Origin: Trichosphaerium sp. ATCC 40318
Taxonomy: Eukaryota > Protista > Tubulinea
Assembly: GCA_038496445.1 (NCBI GenBank)
Contig: JALMLS010000344.1
Span: 124,001 to 188,000 of the forward strand
Direction of reading: 5' to 3'
Length of the DNA stretch: 64,000 nt
The translations under genes were made by a program, and so were the position numbers. The first letter of the stretch is position 1. Every line of letters starts with the position of its first letter. The notes under the pieces are model-generated. The model worked only from the letters and a program-made list of their open reading frames with translations. It was not told where the DNA came from and ran no database searches. Below are positions 37,883 to 52,302 of the stretch, piece after piece.

Positions 37883-38753
37883 TTGTGTCGCGTAATTATG
37901 AAGGCAGAAGAGAATAATTCGGACTAAATAGGGGAAGTTTCCTTATTTCTCATTGAAAAGGAATTTTTTCTCAATAAACCAGGACATGTCCAGCCTTTTA
38001 ATTGAGATACAAAACTAGAGAAAAAAAAGTACAAAGCAATTTCGCACTGCGAAATTCCGTCTATTTTCCCTGAACTTACTGAACTGACAAGCGTCAGATT
38101 TTGGCGCAGTAGTTGGATGTCTGAAGCTTATTATTAGACGACTTTAGATGGCCATGTCCTGAGAAAAAGTGTACTGTATCCAAAAATGGAATCAGCTTTG
38201 GAGATCTCGCTTCAGTGCTAGGTCTATTCGCTTGTCTTTGGTTATGAAAGGGGTGAGGTTTATAGTATATCAGGACGGTGCATAACAGTGTTCGTTGTTG
38301 TTACCTCGTTACCACAGGACGTCGTGCCATAAAAAACAGTATGTTGCGTAGGGAGTATCAGATCTGTTGAGGTACATGGGTTTGCGTAAATCCATTCCAC
38401 GTGGAAGCAACATGCCAAGTTAATAAAGTGACTTGACGCGAGGTGACACTGAATTTGCTTGTTTTAAGAACTGTTTCACCGTGAAAACATAGGTCATTGT
38501 TTATAGTTCTGCGAGCTGTTATTATCTTCATTTTAGTTGTAGGAACGATGTTAATATGGGTAATCAGAGACAGTGGCTTCCGCGACTAAGTTATATTCTG
38601 GTAACTACAGCAATTAGAGTTCCGAAGAACATCAGTAGAAATCTACAATCGTTTAATCTTTCAGGAATACCTCAAGTTGCAGTCGCTATTTTTTCTTGTG
38701 AAAGAGCGCCAATGCATTTAACTACATGTGAAGAAACGTACTCCAGCTGTCAC

Positions 38754-39054
38754 TTATGTGATAGCAAATCCAGAGAATTTTTTGGATCTTACTAATTTAG
38801 TACACCCCAAGAGTCTTACAGAGAACAACGCTATCCAAAATACCTTTAATTTGTTCTTTTGTTTTTTATGCAGCTTGGTGCAACGCCTTGGCAACAGGCA
38901 TTTAGCACGAGATGACACTTCTTCAAAGAACTCAATCTTGTTATGCTCGCCAATGTATCCGATTCTGGTAGGTCTTTGTTTTCCAAGTATATGCAAGAAT
39001 CTTTGATTCCTGGCAACACATAGCGTATTGTTTTCTTGACCTTGAGTGCAGCAT
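38754..39054 (-). CDS. Tentative small basic protein, weakly ribosomal bS18-like
   Basis: NKIEFFEEVSSRAKCLLPRRCTKLHKKQKNKL...ALFSVRLLG. Exon structure is ambiguous. Confidence 0.25.
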
Positions 39055-39142
39055 TTCGTTTGACTTTTTATTTTCAGTACATTTCATCAAACGTTCATAA
39101 AACAACTTGTAGTACATGTAATCATTTCCGTGGTATGCATAG

Positions 39143-42100
39143 ATGAGCTCTAAGTTCAAATCAAGCTTTGTACAATTTACAAACCCTGCAAGAGAAAAGA
39201 AACGCGGTTTTGTCAATACGTACGCGGTTTGGCGTGATAATAACGCTTTTTTAAATAAAATACAGGGTTTTTTAGACGTTAACACTATTAGTTTTGTAGG
39301 ATGGTTTGGTCAGCAATCTAGGAGTAGCCCACGCGCAAAACCGGTCAATTCACAGCTAAACCAGCAAAACACGCGTATAAAGCGGCCTAACGCGTCTGGC
39401 TCGCCTCAGCTACAGCGTCAGCGTAGCGCCACGTCACAAAACAATGGACAGCGCGGTACACCAAGCCGTAAGGCAACAGAAAAAACAGGAATGCAAGAAG
39501 CTGTGTAAGGAGCTTAATTTTACTCTAAAGATATTCACGTTAACCTTGGTTTAAAGCTCCATTAAGAAAGGATCTGTGAAGCATTACTGGATGGCAGATG
39601 ATACCGTTTCACATTGTTACGAATGTCATGTGCCATTTACCATGTACCTTCGTAAGCATCATTGTACGTAGCCTGTAGGCGTCTTTTATTGTAACAATTA
39701 ACTCATGTTCCGTTCAATAGGTCGTTATTGTGGATTTATATTCTGTAACAAGTACGTAAAACAGAGCCTTTCAAACGTGATATTTATTGTGTTTGCACGT
39801 TTTTTTAGGTGTTCAAATAATTTCTTGCCTGGACAAAGCTTTGGTTTTAAGGGTCATATTCGTGTATGTAATGGATGTACCAAGCTTCTAGTCGGTGATA
39901 AAAAGCTACCAGCGCCACCGTTGAACGCTCAGCATCGCGCAAAGTCACAACCAATTAAGCCAAATAGAAGACATAGGTATGAATGTGCTTTAGAAAACTT
40001 TGCCTCTTTTGTGATTATATATTTAGGCGTTCCTCTCAACTATCTAAAAAACGATCGGCTGATGCCATTGCCACAGGAGACCAACAAGGTAAGCTTGTTC
40101 ATTTTTGTTAAGCTCTATACTGACACATTGTAGAGATGTTAATGTCAAAATCTTATCAACCAATATCATTACCTATAGTTATGGTACGCAAAACTACCGT
40201 TTTAGTTCTTTCTATAGTTACTACGTTTCGTTTCATCTCAATGTTTACCACAAGGCACAACAACCCACTACAAATGAGCAAGTTGGTGGCTTCAGTTTTG
40301 AAGAAATATTGTCAGAAGGCTCTGCAAATGAGATGCATATGTCGGACAGTGATAGCGTTCATAGCGATTCTGATAGTTTTCATGACAGTGAAGATCTCAG
40401 TTGGCCGCTATCACCAGCATTCAAGTTCCGAACGCATCATGCGTGCGTCAAAAATAACACTACAAAACAAGTCTTCTAACACTTAGCAGTCGCGATAGAC
40501 AACCCCGATCCCGCTCTTCATCGCCTATTACCAGACGCATAGTATCAATGAGAGATATTGATCCTCGCAGAGAACGCTTACCACAAGATATAGACACAAG
40601 GAATATTTCTTTAGACATTCCTCAAAGAGATTTTAGCTCAGCTATAGAGAGCTCACCTGAGTCTGCTGCAAATCGTATGAGTAATCTAAAAGAACAAGCA
40701 CAATCTAATTATGATGAATTGATTGTAAACCTTTTAGCTCATGAAAACCTTGATAGCGATAAATGGCAAGGTAAGGACGAACTTCAAGTTGCTTAACAAT
40801 CCTTTTTTTTATTATCGTTGTCATTAATTGTTTGGCTTTAGATACTATTATGTCTCTTGTGAGAACTGCATGTTCCAATGTAGATCCTTCATATGCTAAT
40901 GGAGATCCAATGGATATAAGAAAACTTGTTAAGGTTAAAATAATACCTGGCGGAGAAGTTAATGATTGTAAATATTTTGATGGGTTTGTATATTCTGGTA
41001 ATAGAACACATAAACGAATGAGAAGTGAAATAGAGAATCCAAAAGTACTTCTACTTGGTAAGATACATTACACTTTTCCATCACTTATTTGCTTCCAAAA
41101 AAAACACCAACGGAGGCTGTGGATAGTACAAAATTAACATATGTCTTAGGTGGTTCTTTAGAGTTTGAAAGGTCGACTAATTTAACATCACTGGATACCT
41201 TAAAGAATGAAGAGAAGATAAAACTCAGAAACGTTGTTTCTAGGATAGTAAACTTGGGTCCTGACATTCTTCTTGTCGAAAAATCCGTGTCGCATCTTGC
41301 AAAGGTAATGTATTTCGTCTACAATAAGATTTTGGATCTGACTTCTACGTAGGATTATCTTCTACATGCTGGTGTGACCTTATGTATAAACGTTTCACGT
41401 GATAAATTGCAAGCTATTTCTCGTGTTTTGGGTACTGCCATCTTACCAACAACAGGTACCAGTTTTTTACAAGCACGTGATCAGTAAAAGAGCAAGAAAC
41501 ATTACAAAATCTAAAAAATCGTTTTGAATACTTTTCAATAATGCTTAATAGTCTACGCAACTCTTATCATATTTCACTTCTTGCGTATCTTGTACTAATG
41601 TTAATTGTGTTACAGAGCACTTAATGGCAGCAAAGTTAGGATCATGTGATACTTTTTATATTGAATCATTCTCTTGGCACAACAAGGGGAACGCTCTTTG
41701 TAGAAAGACTTGTATTTTTCTAAGCGGTCATCCTAAACAAGATTATTGTACTCTAGTAATTCGTGGTGCATTATTCGATGAACTTATAAGAGTTAAACGT
41801 GTAGTACAAGTGCGTTATTCTTTTTTTTTTACCTTTGATGTGTTGTAAGCGCTTACAAAAGATTTCTTTAGTTCATGTGCTACACAATGCATAATAGTAA
41901 GAAAGAATTACAGTTACTTAATAATTTGGGTGCTTCATCTCTTTTTGTACATAAAAAACAAACACCTCATGATGTAGAGGATACAACAAAGGAAGATCAG
42001 TACGCAACAAAAACCTCTAAGCAATTTCAGTAATTAATGTACATGAAATTAGGAGTCTAGCAAAACAACTTGGACTCTGTCCGTTGGTTCAACATGTATC

Positions 42101-45100
42101 ACAGCAATGCCATATTGACATTGCATGCAGTAGTATAGATCACATGGAGGAAAATTCACTTGGTATTACATATGAGTACGAACTCATTATATTCTGTTAA
42201 AGACTCACAAATACGCTTTTTTGTTAGTTATGAAGAATACTTTAATGAAGAAAAGTACTGGGAACAGTGTATTGAAGAAGATAAGTCTCCTTATGGTCAA
42301 GAGCGTCTTTTGTATATACACTCTTCAGCTTGTACTGATTACTCTCACTGCATACCTTATGAAGAGCACTTGATTGATTTTTACTCAAGCGTACTATTTT
42401 CTCTACCTAAACAACTCTCCGTGTTGGGTTTCCTAACATTTATTTTTCATAGAATGATATTTCAATCGGTCAGTTTCTGAAAACTTTCTGTTTTGATGAG
42501 AATGAAGAGTGTAGATACTGTAAAAGGTTAGGATTCATTTTTTTAATGTTTACTTACTTGTGTGTATGCGTGTGAATTAAGGAAGCTAACTGTTACTGTT
42601 TTTAGGCCATTGGTAGATCACGAACGCGCTTTTCTTCATGCTGGAGGCAGGCTCAATGTTCAAATAAGCAGAACAAAGGATAGTCCAGTTGTGGAAACCT
42701 CTGGCCTTAGTAGAAGTGACTCTCAAAGAAATCTTAATGAAATCAAGGTTTGGGGACAATGTAATATCTGTAAGCGTTGTATAGATGAAGTACCACTGCA
42801 GCAAGGTTAGAATTTCTCTTTTTTTTTCGAAGTTTAAAAGTTAACGTTTTTGTTTTGTTAAGGCGCTTTGGATTTATCACTTGGAACCTTTTTGCGAACA
42901 TTCTTTTATAATGATAAATCTTGTCATTATGGATGTGGTCATAGGTTGTTCAGAGATTGGGCAATATTATTTACACATAAGAACTTAGTGAGTGCACAAC
43001 TCACTGTATATTTTGTTCTTCTAGTTTTTTTTCTTACGGTTTGTGTTAGGTTGTGAGTATGGTTTATGACGAAATTAAACCTCATGTCGTTTCACCTCCA
43101 CCAGTGAAACTTTTTGGTAGACCAAAAGATAGTTCTAACAAACTTCTACTCATTGAATCAAGAATGAAAGACTTGGACATACTGCAAGACGAAATAGCTA
43201 GAGTACGCTTGTTTTTTTAGTTGCTTGTGGTGAGTAAGTCCCGATTCATAAATTGAACGTCTTACAAGATGATCTTGCACCGCAAGGTAGCAGTGAAGAG
43301 ACGAATAATGCCTCACCACAACATCAAACTGCGACAAAACAATTTGAGCAAGCAACCTAATCCTAATTTGTACTAGATCTATTCACTTATTGGACAAAAA
43401 CTTGAAGTACTTAGCACAAAACAATTCCAGTCTGGTAGAAATGAATCAGAGATTACAGAATTTATAAGAGATATGCTTGTTGAGAAAGAATCAATTATAG
43501 GTGATCTTAAAAAACTAGTTAAAGACAAAGGATCGAAGAACATTTTTGATTGTAATAAAATCAAAAAGACACTTTTAATGAACTTGGAAAAATGGAGTAT
43601 TGTATGCAATGAAGTTCAAATAAGACAAGCAGTACGTTCAAGGCATTAGATACAACCTGCACTAAAACTGATCTCCACAACAGGAAGAAAGTAGCTCTGC
43701 TAATAAATCATCTCGGCAAATACCAGTTGTTGAGAATATTAAGGAAGGCTCAGGAAGAAATAGGTCAAGATTTGCTAGTACAGGACTTAGACCTCGTAGT
43801 ACTTCATATAGGAGAAGAAGAAGATATGGAAGTTATGATAGATCAACCTTAGAAAGAAAGGCATCACAAAATAGCCTCTTACCACAAAGGGCATCTATAG
43901 AGCCTAGTGTTGAAACTGAACAAACTCAAGTATGGTTTACATTGTTGCAATATTCTGGTTTACGATATTTTAGGATGATTCAGTGATGACAGGAGAGAGA
44001 CACCACAGCGAGAATAACTTGACATTGATGGTGCCTACTGATTCAGTGGCTCAGAGCCAGAGAAGTCCAAAAACAAAGTCTAGATTAGGAAGCACAGGAG
44101 CTCGTTTTTTCTCTCGAAATAGACCTACGTATGTTGGTTTGTATTTAATTCGGTTTTTTTACTCACTTTGTCGTTTTACTAGAGCTATTATGCTAGAGGA
44201 CTTGAGTAGCTATGGTTACTTGTTAAAAGCAGGAAAAGATGTTGTAGCAGTACACGAAAAACAAGTTAGCTCAATGTACGTAAAAGTTACACATGGCTGT
44301 TTGTCATTGACTATCCTTTGTTGTGACTTACTTATTTCTTAGAATTGCGTATGTATTGAAGTCGACAGAGTATCAAACTAAGCTTGAACAATTCAATCCA
44401 CCAAAAACTAGTGTTCTTCTTTGGAAAGAACCTGCACCTATTATAGTAGAGTTCAAGTCAAAAACTTCATGGTCTAAAGCGTCCTTCTCTGTCACTTGTC
44501 TTTATCCAGTACACTTCAAGCATCTAAGAGAGCTTATGGGAGTAGACGTACGACATCATATCTTTTATGTAGGCACCTGCCTAGTTTCTGAAAGTGTTCG
44601 AGACTGGAAGTTCCGGCATTGTTTTTTCTTTTGTTTTAAAAATGTTTTATTTAGGAAGACAGTTATACAAAAAGTATGGCAACATGTCGTGACTTTGATG
44701 CCAAAGGCGGTAAAAATGGATCTTTTTATAAAACGACCGATGATCGTTATATTATTAAAGAGCTTCACAACGGTATTCAAGGGGTACAAAAAGTTTATAA
44801 ATCATCGTTTGTTTTCTTTTTTTTTATCGTGATTCTGCTTCTCCTCCCTTTTTTTTATAATTCATACTTATAGTACACTTGGTATGTTACCATACTAACG
44901 TGGCTTTTCATCGATAAAACCAGTCTTAAAAACATGATAGAAACTCTTAAATTATTCTCACTTTTTTTTTAGACACCTGAATTGGAATGTTTCAAGCAGC
45001 TAGCGTTTGGATATTTCGATTATTTATCAAAAGTATACTATAATCAAGTGCCTACTGCACTTGCAAAAATATTAGGAGTATATACAATATCCTCCAAGCA

Positions 45101-45846
45101 GGTTGGTTCTCACACCAGACACTTTGTTGTCATGGAAAATGTGTTCTACAATCGTAGAATTTCAAGGGTACTATTAACTCTTTTCAATGCCGCTTGCTTA
45201 CTTGACCTTCATGTTAATCGTATCCCATAGGTTTTTGATTTAAAGGGATCTTTAAGATCTAGATATGTTGAAGATAAAGAAGGTACTGATCCTTCTGTGA
45301 GAGTAGTAAGACAAGATCAGAATATACTCGAAAGTATCCGATTATGACTTTGTCTTTGCTTTTTTTTCTTTTTAAATACGGTTTAACTTTATGTATATTT
45401 CGTCCTTCACTCCTTAAAGTTATGTTCACAAATCCATTTTATTTGGATATGGAAAACAAGGCTCTTTTAGGGTGGGCAGTATGTAATGATACTGCATTCT
45501 TATCAACACTAAATGTGATGGACTATTCATTGCTAGTTGGTGTTGACGAAGACACAAACGAGTTAGTGGTTGCTATAATAGGTACGCGCCTGAGAAATAG
45601 TCGATTTTAATCGTTTTATTTACACTAATAAACAACACAGATTATATCAGAATGTTCACAGTTGACAAGTGGATTGAGTTACAGTTCAAAAGGTTTCAAC
45701 AAAAGAATCATCATGTTGGACCTACTATTACACATCCTAAGCACTATAAACAAAGATTCAGAGATGCTTTATGGCATTACTTTGTTATGATACCAGATGA
45801 AGATAGTTTCATAGATTGTTCTTCTGTTGAGACAGACGTAAAATAA
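39143..45846 (+). CDS. PIKFYVE: 1-phosphatidylinositol-3-phosphate 5-kinase FAB1/PIKfyve (FYVE, CCT-like, PIPK domains)
   Basis: WMADD..CYEC..RKHHCRYCG (FYVE); MDIRKLVKVKIIPGG...HKRMRSEIENPKVLL; AKGGKNGSFYKTTDDRYIIK; FDLKGS; VMDYSLLVGVD; DYIRMFT. Confidence 0.96.
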
Positions 45847-46081
45847 AATAAACGTGCTTGAAAAAGCACCACTTACTATTCCTATTTCTTTCCGGTTTTT
45901 TTTACACATAGGCCATAAAATATCTCGTGAACCCGATATAAATAATGGCGTACGTTCAACGGTTCGTTCGTTCCAAGATTCAAATAATCATGTAGCACCT
46001 TCAAGACTTAAAAGAAAATGTTCATGCTTGGTTAAGTCAACACACAGCCACGCAATACTCATAGAGCTTATTTCAGTAACT

Positions 46082-47467
46082 ATGCAACAGCTTTTAGTAC
46101 TACTAGTTTTGTAAGGACGGTTTTAGCGATAGTAACGCACATGACTCACTAGCTTAGGGTTGTAACTGTTTGTGCAGTACAACATAGACGTAATTTGCGT
46201 CTCGAGGCCAAAGGATACGTCCTCACGCCAGGTTAGAGCGTTTTAAACAATTTACAGCTAACAAATGAGTCAATAGGCGGCTATAGACATAAATCATGCG
46301 TTCACAGACTTGCTGAAGGTGAAACTGTCGCTAAAAGAGGTAGGAAGTGAAACTAGCCTAAACTATCTAAAACTCGAAAAGGGAACAAAAGAGTCATTAT
46401 CACAGAGTCAACAGGTGCCGAAAGACAAGTTACAGAGTGTGAGTACAACCCAGACGAATTGTCTTTGGAAATCGGTGAAGGTAACAAAGAAACGTTTATT
46501 TTACGCTCAAACAATCGTAGAAGAGCCAGAATCAGACTTTATTTCGAACGGTTGGATTGCATTTGCTTCTTATAATCATCGCACTAATCTAAGCTCGTTC
46601 GATGGTAATTGGGTTGTACCAGCAGCTGGTAAAGCACATAACCTATTGGCAAGTTATTTAAAACCACAAACAGCGATTTCTTAGTTGGTAGATCAAAAAA
46701 TACCACAACTTAAACCGTTTAAGTTAACCTTCCTTTAGACAACCTTGTTTCTCTTTACTGGCCTTGAAGCAACTCCTCGTAGTACGTCGATATTTTATAG
46801 TTGTTTTTAGATATCACAAGCAACAATTGTCTTTGTCACCTTCGATCTTGGCAGAATACTAATGCTGGTATTAAAACAGACAATTCAAGCAACTTGGAAA
46901 TCATACAGCCAGTGATTACTTATGGACTATCTGGTTGTTCTTTCGATGAATTTAGCTGGCAACTAGGTAGTTGGTTTGTATCAGGATTACATGCTTTCTG
47001 TGCTCCACACGAAACGGTAAAAATTAACTTCCATGCTAAAACACCTCAAATCGCTAAGTCAGTTCCTTCTTTTAGGTTTTGCCAGGTACCCTTGTCAAGA
47101 CTACAATGCATCTTCTATCTAGTCAAGCTGGAACATGGGAGATTACAGCATCGAATACCAAAACTGGATTTACTAGTAGCTTAAAAGCTGACGTAAAGTC
47201 AGAGCTATCTTGGGCTGCAACTACATTGGAGGTTTGTTCCAATATTTTTCTTTCTTTGATTTGATTGTTTACCTTTGTCAACAGGTGTACCGCCTTTATG
47301 CATGTGAAGATTACCCAGGAAACACTGTATTTTCTGATTTAAAGCTAACAGATGCCAAAGGTGTTGTTACGCCTACATGGGAGAAGCAATTGAAGACTGA
47401 TGTTCGTCAGTGTAAACAAAACGTAGAAATTTCTTCTGCAAGTGATGTTACAATTGTTGTCAATTAA
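46082..47467 (+). CDS. Secreted peptidase G1-like (ConA-fold) protein with propeptide
   Basis: Signal peptide; VLTPGGYRHKSCVH; GWIAFA...FDGNWVVP; LFLFTGLE; IIQPVITYG; TLEVY. Confidence 0.7.
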
Positions 47468-48049
47468 AATGCGTACTCCCATGTTTTGTATTATTATCTA
47501 TAGACAGGATAAAAGGTTATCTCTACAATACCAAATCAACAAAACGAGACTGTGCCCTATAGGTGCCATTAAAATAAGAAAGGGAAACGAAACTAGGATT
47601 GTTGCTTTAACCAACATACATTTTTTCAGTATACTCTAAGGCCAACGTAATGTTGAAAGCTTGCAAGCTAATTCAGGAGCGTTAGCTATCATAAATGGCC
47701 ATGCAAGTGCCCTTGTTTTTATATCTTTGGTAAACTGGCTTATTGTTTTGTGCTATTCAGCCACTGTTACGATTGTAATGCTAAAATTAGCCAAATTTTT
47801 TTCAGTTTTCAATGACAATTTATGGTGAAATGGTCGTACGGTTATATTTGACTATTCCAGCGCATAGACGGTATTGGCAGAATTCTCGTAGCTATGTTTC
47901 AAACACTACACAGCTTCTAATATAGCATCATAGCAGTTAAATCATACTTAACCTGCTTAAGTTCTGTACAAGTTTTCATTTGCGCGTTCAAACAACACAA
48001 GTGATTTAAATTACTTTAGATATTAAAGTATTACGTTTAGTATCAAGAT

Positions 48050-51000
48050 ATGGCAGCGAATGTGTTGACAGGTTCAAGAAAACATAAAAAGAAAGGACAC
48101 TCTGTTAAGAAGTCACTGAAGGGCTCAAGGAAAAGTTCAAAGTCGTACGAACAACATACACCATTAATAATCTTGTGAAGATATTAACTGATCTCAGGGA
48201 GTCAAGTAGCGAAGGCAGGAACAGCCAGGAAGACCAAATATTCGCTGGTACTACTTTGTTTAATGAAGGATTGTTTCTCCCTTATTTACTCTCTCATAGC
48301 GGCGTGGGACGCTCTAGATGCCGCAGAAGGTAGGATTATTATTTTAAATATATTTATCTAGATATTCTGAAATTCATCCACGTTTTAGAGCACGTGTCTA
48401 TCGCTGAGGCGTATTCTGCTCGGTTTGATGATATGGTTACCCAGAAATTATCGGAGAGAAAACTAGTGTACCCAAAACCTATCTGCGAGAAGAAAGCGAC
48501 ACTACTAGGTTAGTTAATAATTACTCCCCCTTTTTATTAAGCTATATGCGATCATCTATTATTGATTTTGATCGTCTGTTTAGAAATACAACTAATGGGA
48601 TCAATTGGGAAAGTGAAAGAGAAGCTACTGTTTTCTAAGGATTATGATGGTCCTCACTTTGATGTATCTAATGGAAGCACGTGTAGTTTTTGTTTACCCT
48701 TATTTAGGAGTTTAATGTAATAACTTTATATTAGTCACACCTAAAGCAGCGAAAGCGCTAACAGAAGGATATAAGTACGTCAACACAGTGTTTTTTTGTT
48801 TTCAGCTTTGTTTATTTTCACGTGATGTGATGATGTTCTTCTAATGTTTGTCTACGCTTAGAAATTCTAAGACGTTACACTACAAATACGCGAGAGATAT
48901 ACTAATTGGAATGACAAAGTACTTAAAGCAAAATTCGAAGGCAATGCATGACATAACTGTACCACCAAATGGACAGGTACAGCGAGTCTTTTTTTACTCT
49001 CTATTGATGTACTATTTTGTTAATAATTCTTTACCAACAGATATGGATTGTAGGTGATACACATGGTCAGCTTGAGGACGTTCTAGAAATTACAAAAATC
49101 GTGGGTTAGCACCAAAGGATTTTACAAGCAAGATTTGTTTAACATTTTATTAAAGGGACTCCTTCTAAGAATAATCTGATTTTATTCAACGGTGATCTCG
49201 TTGATAGAGGTCCTATGGGTCCAGAGGTTCTACTACTGGTATATTGCTGGAAACTAGCTTGGCCTGATTATGGTGCGATAATAACGTCATATATTGTATC
49301 ATGTTGACATTTGTTTCTTTGCTTTAGTCTTTATCAACAGAGGAAACCATGAATTTTATGATTTAAATGCCCGATATGGGTTCGAGGAACAGTTCAGTGC
49401 TCGCTATTGTCCTCATCTTTACAAAAAGGTCATTACACTTTGAGTTTTTTTGCAGATTTTGCTAACGATATTACAAGGCTCTTCACACTTTTAAATACTT
49501 GCCTTTTGCGCATTTGATAGATAGAGAAGTATTAGTAATACATGCTGGATTATCAGACGAAGAAGATATAATGCTCGAAGAGATAAAAGAGTACGTTCAC
49601 ACATGTCAACAAAATTACCGTAAAAAAACTAAATAAAAATAGATTGCCATTGAGACAATTCCCTGTTGATCCAGAACAACGCGCTGATAGAAAGGGCAAG
49701 GTAAAATAAGGTAACCAATGCGTTGATATGCTTAAAAGATATTAGATTATGGAAGGTTTACTATGGAGTGACCCCCAGGAAGCAGATGGCGTTCAAATTA
49801 GTAGAAGAGGTAAACACGTGTTTTGTTCTAAAACGAACTTTTTTTTTTTCTGAACTTACTCTTTTTAGGCGCTGGTGTGCACTTTGGACCAGATATTACA
49901 AAGAAATTCATTATTCATAATAAATTAAAGAAGATTGTCAGATCACATGAATTGTGTGTTATGGGTTATAAGTATGACCATGACGGAATGATTATCACGA
50001 TATTTTCTGCATCATGTTATTGTCAAAAAAATACAAATGAGGTGCGTCCAACAAGTCAATTCTTCGATTTGGTTACGGCTACCACATGAATATTTTTGAG
50101 GATTGTTACTTCATATTACGTTACTGACTCGCGTTTGTTAGGGTGCTGTTGTTCTGTTTAAACAAGGAGAGTATGATAAACCACATTTCAAACAATTTTA
50201 TATTGGAAAGACTGAATCAACATGGATTGAACGTGAAGTCAGACAAAAGCAGAAAAATGAAGTACTGGAGAAGATTAAAATGCAAATATATGCATTACGT
50301 TCTGTACTCAGCCTAGCATTCGAAAAAGTGGACAAAGACAATGATGGTAAGTTTGTTATTAATGTCTTTTGATATCCATAATAATCCCTCCATTGATTCA
50401 TTGAATTCTAGGACGTATCACGCGTCATGAATGGGCTAAAGCTATGGAAAAGGTTTTCCCTATGAAATACAATAATTGGAAAGAATTACAGCCGTATCTT
50501 GTAAATATTACACATCGTGGGTTGATAGATTATGTAAAGTACGTGAAACCACTTTTATAGACTTTTTAGAACTTTCTTTAATGTCAACCATAGATTCTTA
50601 GATAGATACCGCCCAAGAGAGATGACGTTCTCTAAAAGTTGGCTACACGTGCGACTATTGTTTTAACCATTTGCAATTGTTATATTTAACTTGTTCGGTT
50701 AGGAGATCACTCATTTCATTTACACCAATTTTCTTACACATGAGAATGATATTAAAGCTGCGTTTGAGGCATGTGATCTTAATGATGACGGAGCTATATC
50801 ACATACGGAATTTGTTAAAGGTATTTATCATAAATTGTTGCCTTTATTAAACTTTTTTTAGTTCTACGTGCACATGGTGTTAAAGTAGTCGACGACAAAC
50901 TCTATGATTTTATGAGACTTATGGATAAAAATGGTGATGGCAAAATAAGTTTTGAAGAGTTTTACCATACCTTCCGCGTAGAATTCGATAGGGGTGTACA

Positions 51001-51975
51001 AGAGAGTGATAAAGCTTGGCTTTCACGAGCTGTTAAAGTAAGTTTGAGGAAAATTTGGAAAAAAAACCCACGTGACTCTCACGTGATTTTATTTGAGTCG
51101 CATATTCAGCAATCAAGAACTTCACTATAATTGTCACAACAAAACAAAAGCAAGTTTTTGTTACGTTGCTATTCATGTTGCTGTAAAGGCTTTTCGGGCT
51201 ATGTATTTGCTTTGATTTTGCTCACTGCATATTTTAGAAAATTGGAAACGTTGTATTCTCACAAACAGATAATCTAAGAGAGTCATTTAAGAAGCTTGAT
51301 GGTGATAAAAGTGGTGGTTTAGATTACGATGAATTTAAAATATTGTTCACAGAGTTTGGTCTAAGTTACAAGGACGACGAAACAAAAAAGATATTCGACT
51401 ATATCGACAGGAATAAGGACGGGACTATAAGTTTCAGGTACGCTACACAAGTGTAATACAACGCTTACATACTTGCCTTGAACTGTTGTTTCTAATCCCA
51501 TTAAACAGAGAGTTCAAACATGCTTTCAGACTTGTTAACCCTATTCTAAAAGAAGATGAGGTCGTAGTCTCACTTGCACGTGTTATTATCCTACATAAGA
51601 AAGAGGTATGCTAGTATATGATATTGTCAGCCTACTAAGACTTGATAATAGGTCAGAAGAATATTCAGGGTTCTAGATCATAAAAAGAATGGTAAAGTGA
51701 GCTTCGACCAGTTTAAAGTAATCATTGAATCTCTTGGCGAAGTCTTCGAAGTAAGTGAACTTGAACGTTTTCCTTCTTCCACGTAGTATATGGTACTGAC
51801 TATCCTCGTTCGTAATTAGGGCCTTAATCTAAAAGTAAAAGACAAACATTTCCTTCAGTTAACAAAAAAAGCAAAAAAAGACGGGAATGATATTTATTAC
51901 AAAGACTGGCTAAAGAAATTCGACCTTGTAGATGTAGAAACCCTAAAACTTCCAGCTGCTACTATAGAAAATTAA
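48050..51975 (+). CDS. PPEF: Ser/Thr protein phosphatase with EF-hands (PPEF/RdgC family)
   Basis: GDTHG, GDLVDRG, RGNHE, LLWSDP, RSHE and SASCY motifs, followed by multiple DxDxDG EF-hand loops. Confidence 0.93.
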
Positions 51976-52302
51976 CAATACAATACAATGAATGAGCAAA
52001 TAATTTTTTCGCAAAATAAGAACCATGTTTCTTGTATTTCTCAATTTTTTTAGCCTCGAGGAAGGCAAAAAAAACTACCATGTGATGAAAAAAACCCAAG
52101 CGCTTTTAATGAACAAACCAAAAGTTCATTTGTACACTATTGTTGTCACAAAGTCGCGAGTTAGTTTAGTTTTACATTCAAGGCATTAGATAGACATGTA
52201 TGAATATTTGGTGGAAGGTGTACTCTGCTTCTTTGTCTAAGAGCAGTGGCAAGTGAGGTTTTGATACATGAGGTTTATTTTTTTTATTTAGTAGCTGTAT
52301 AG

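Noticed and set aside
47600-48000. Two intron-like segments antisense to the PPEF promoter region
   Set aside because: All frames are closed, and such signals can arise by chance in AT-rich DNA.
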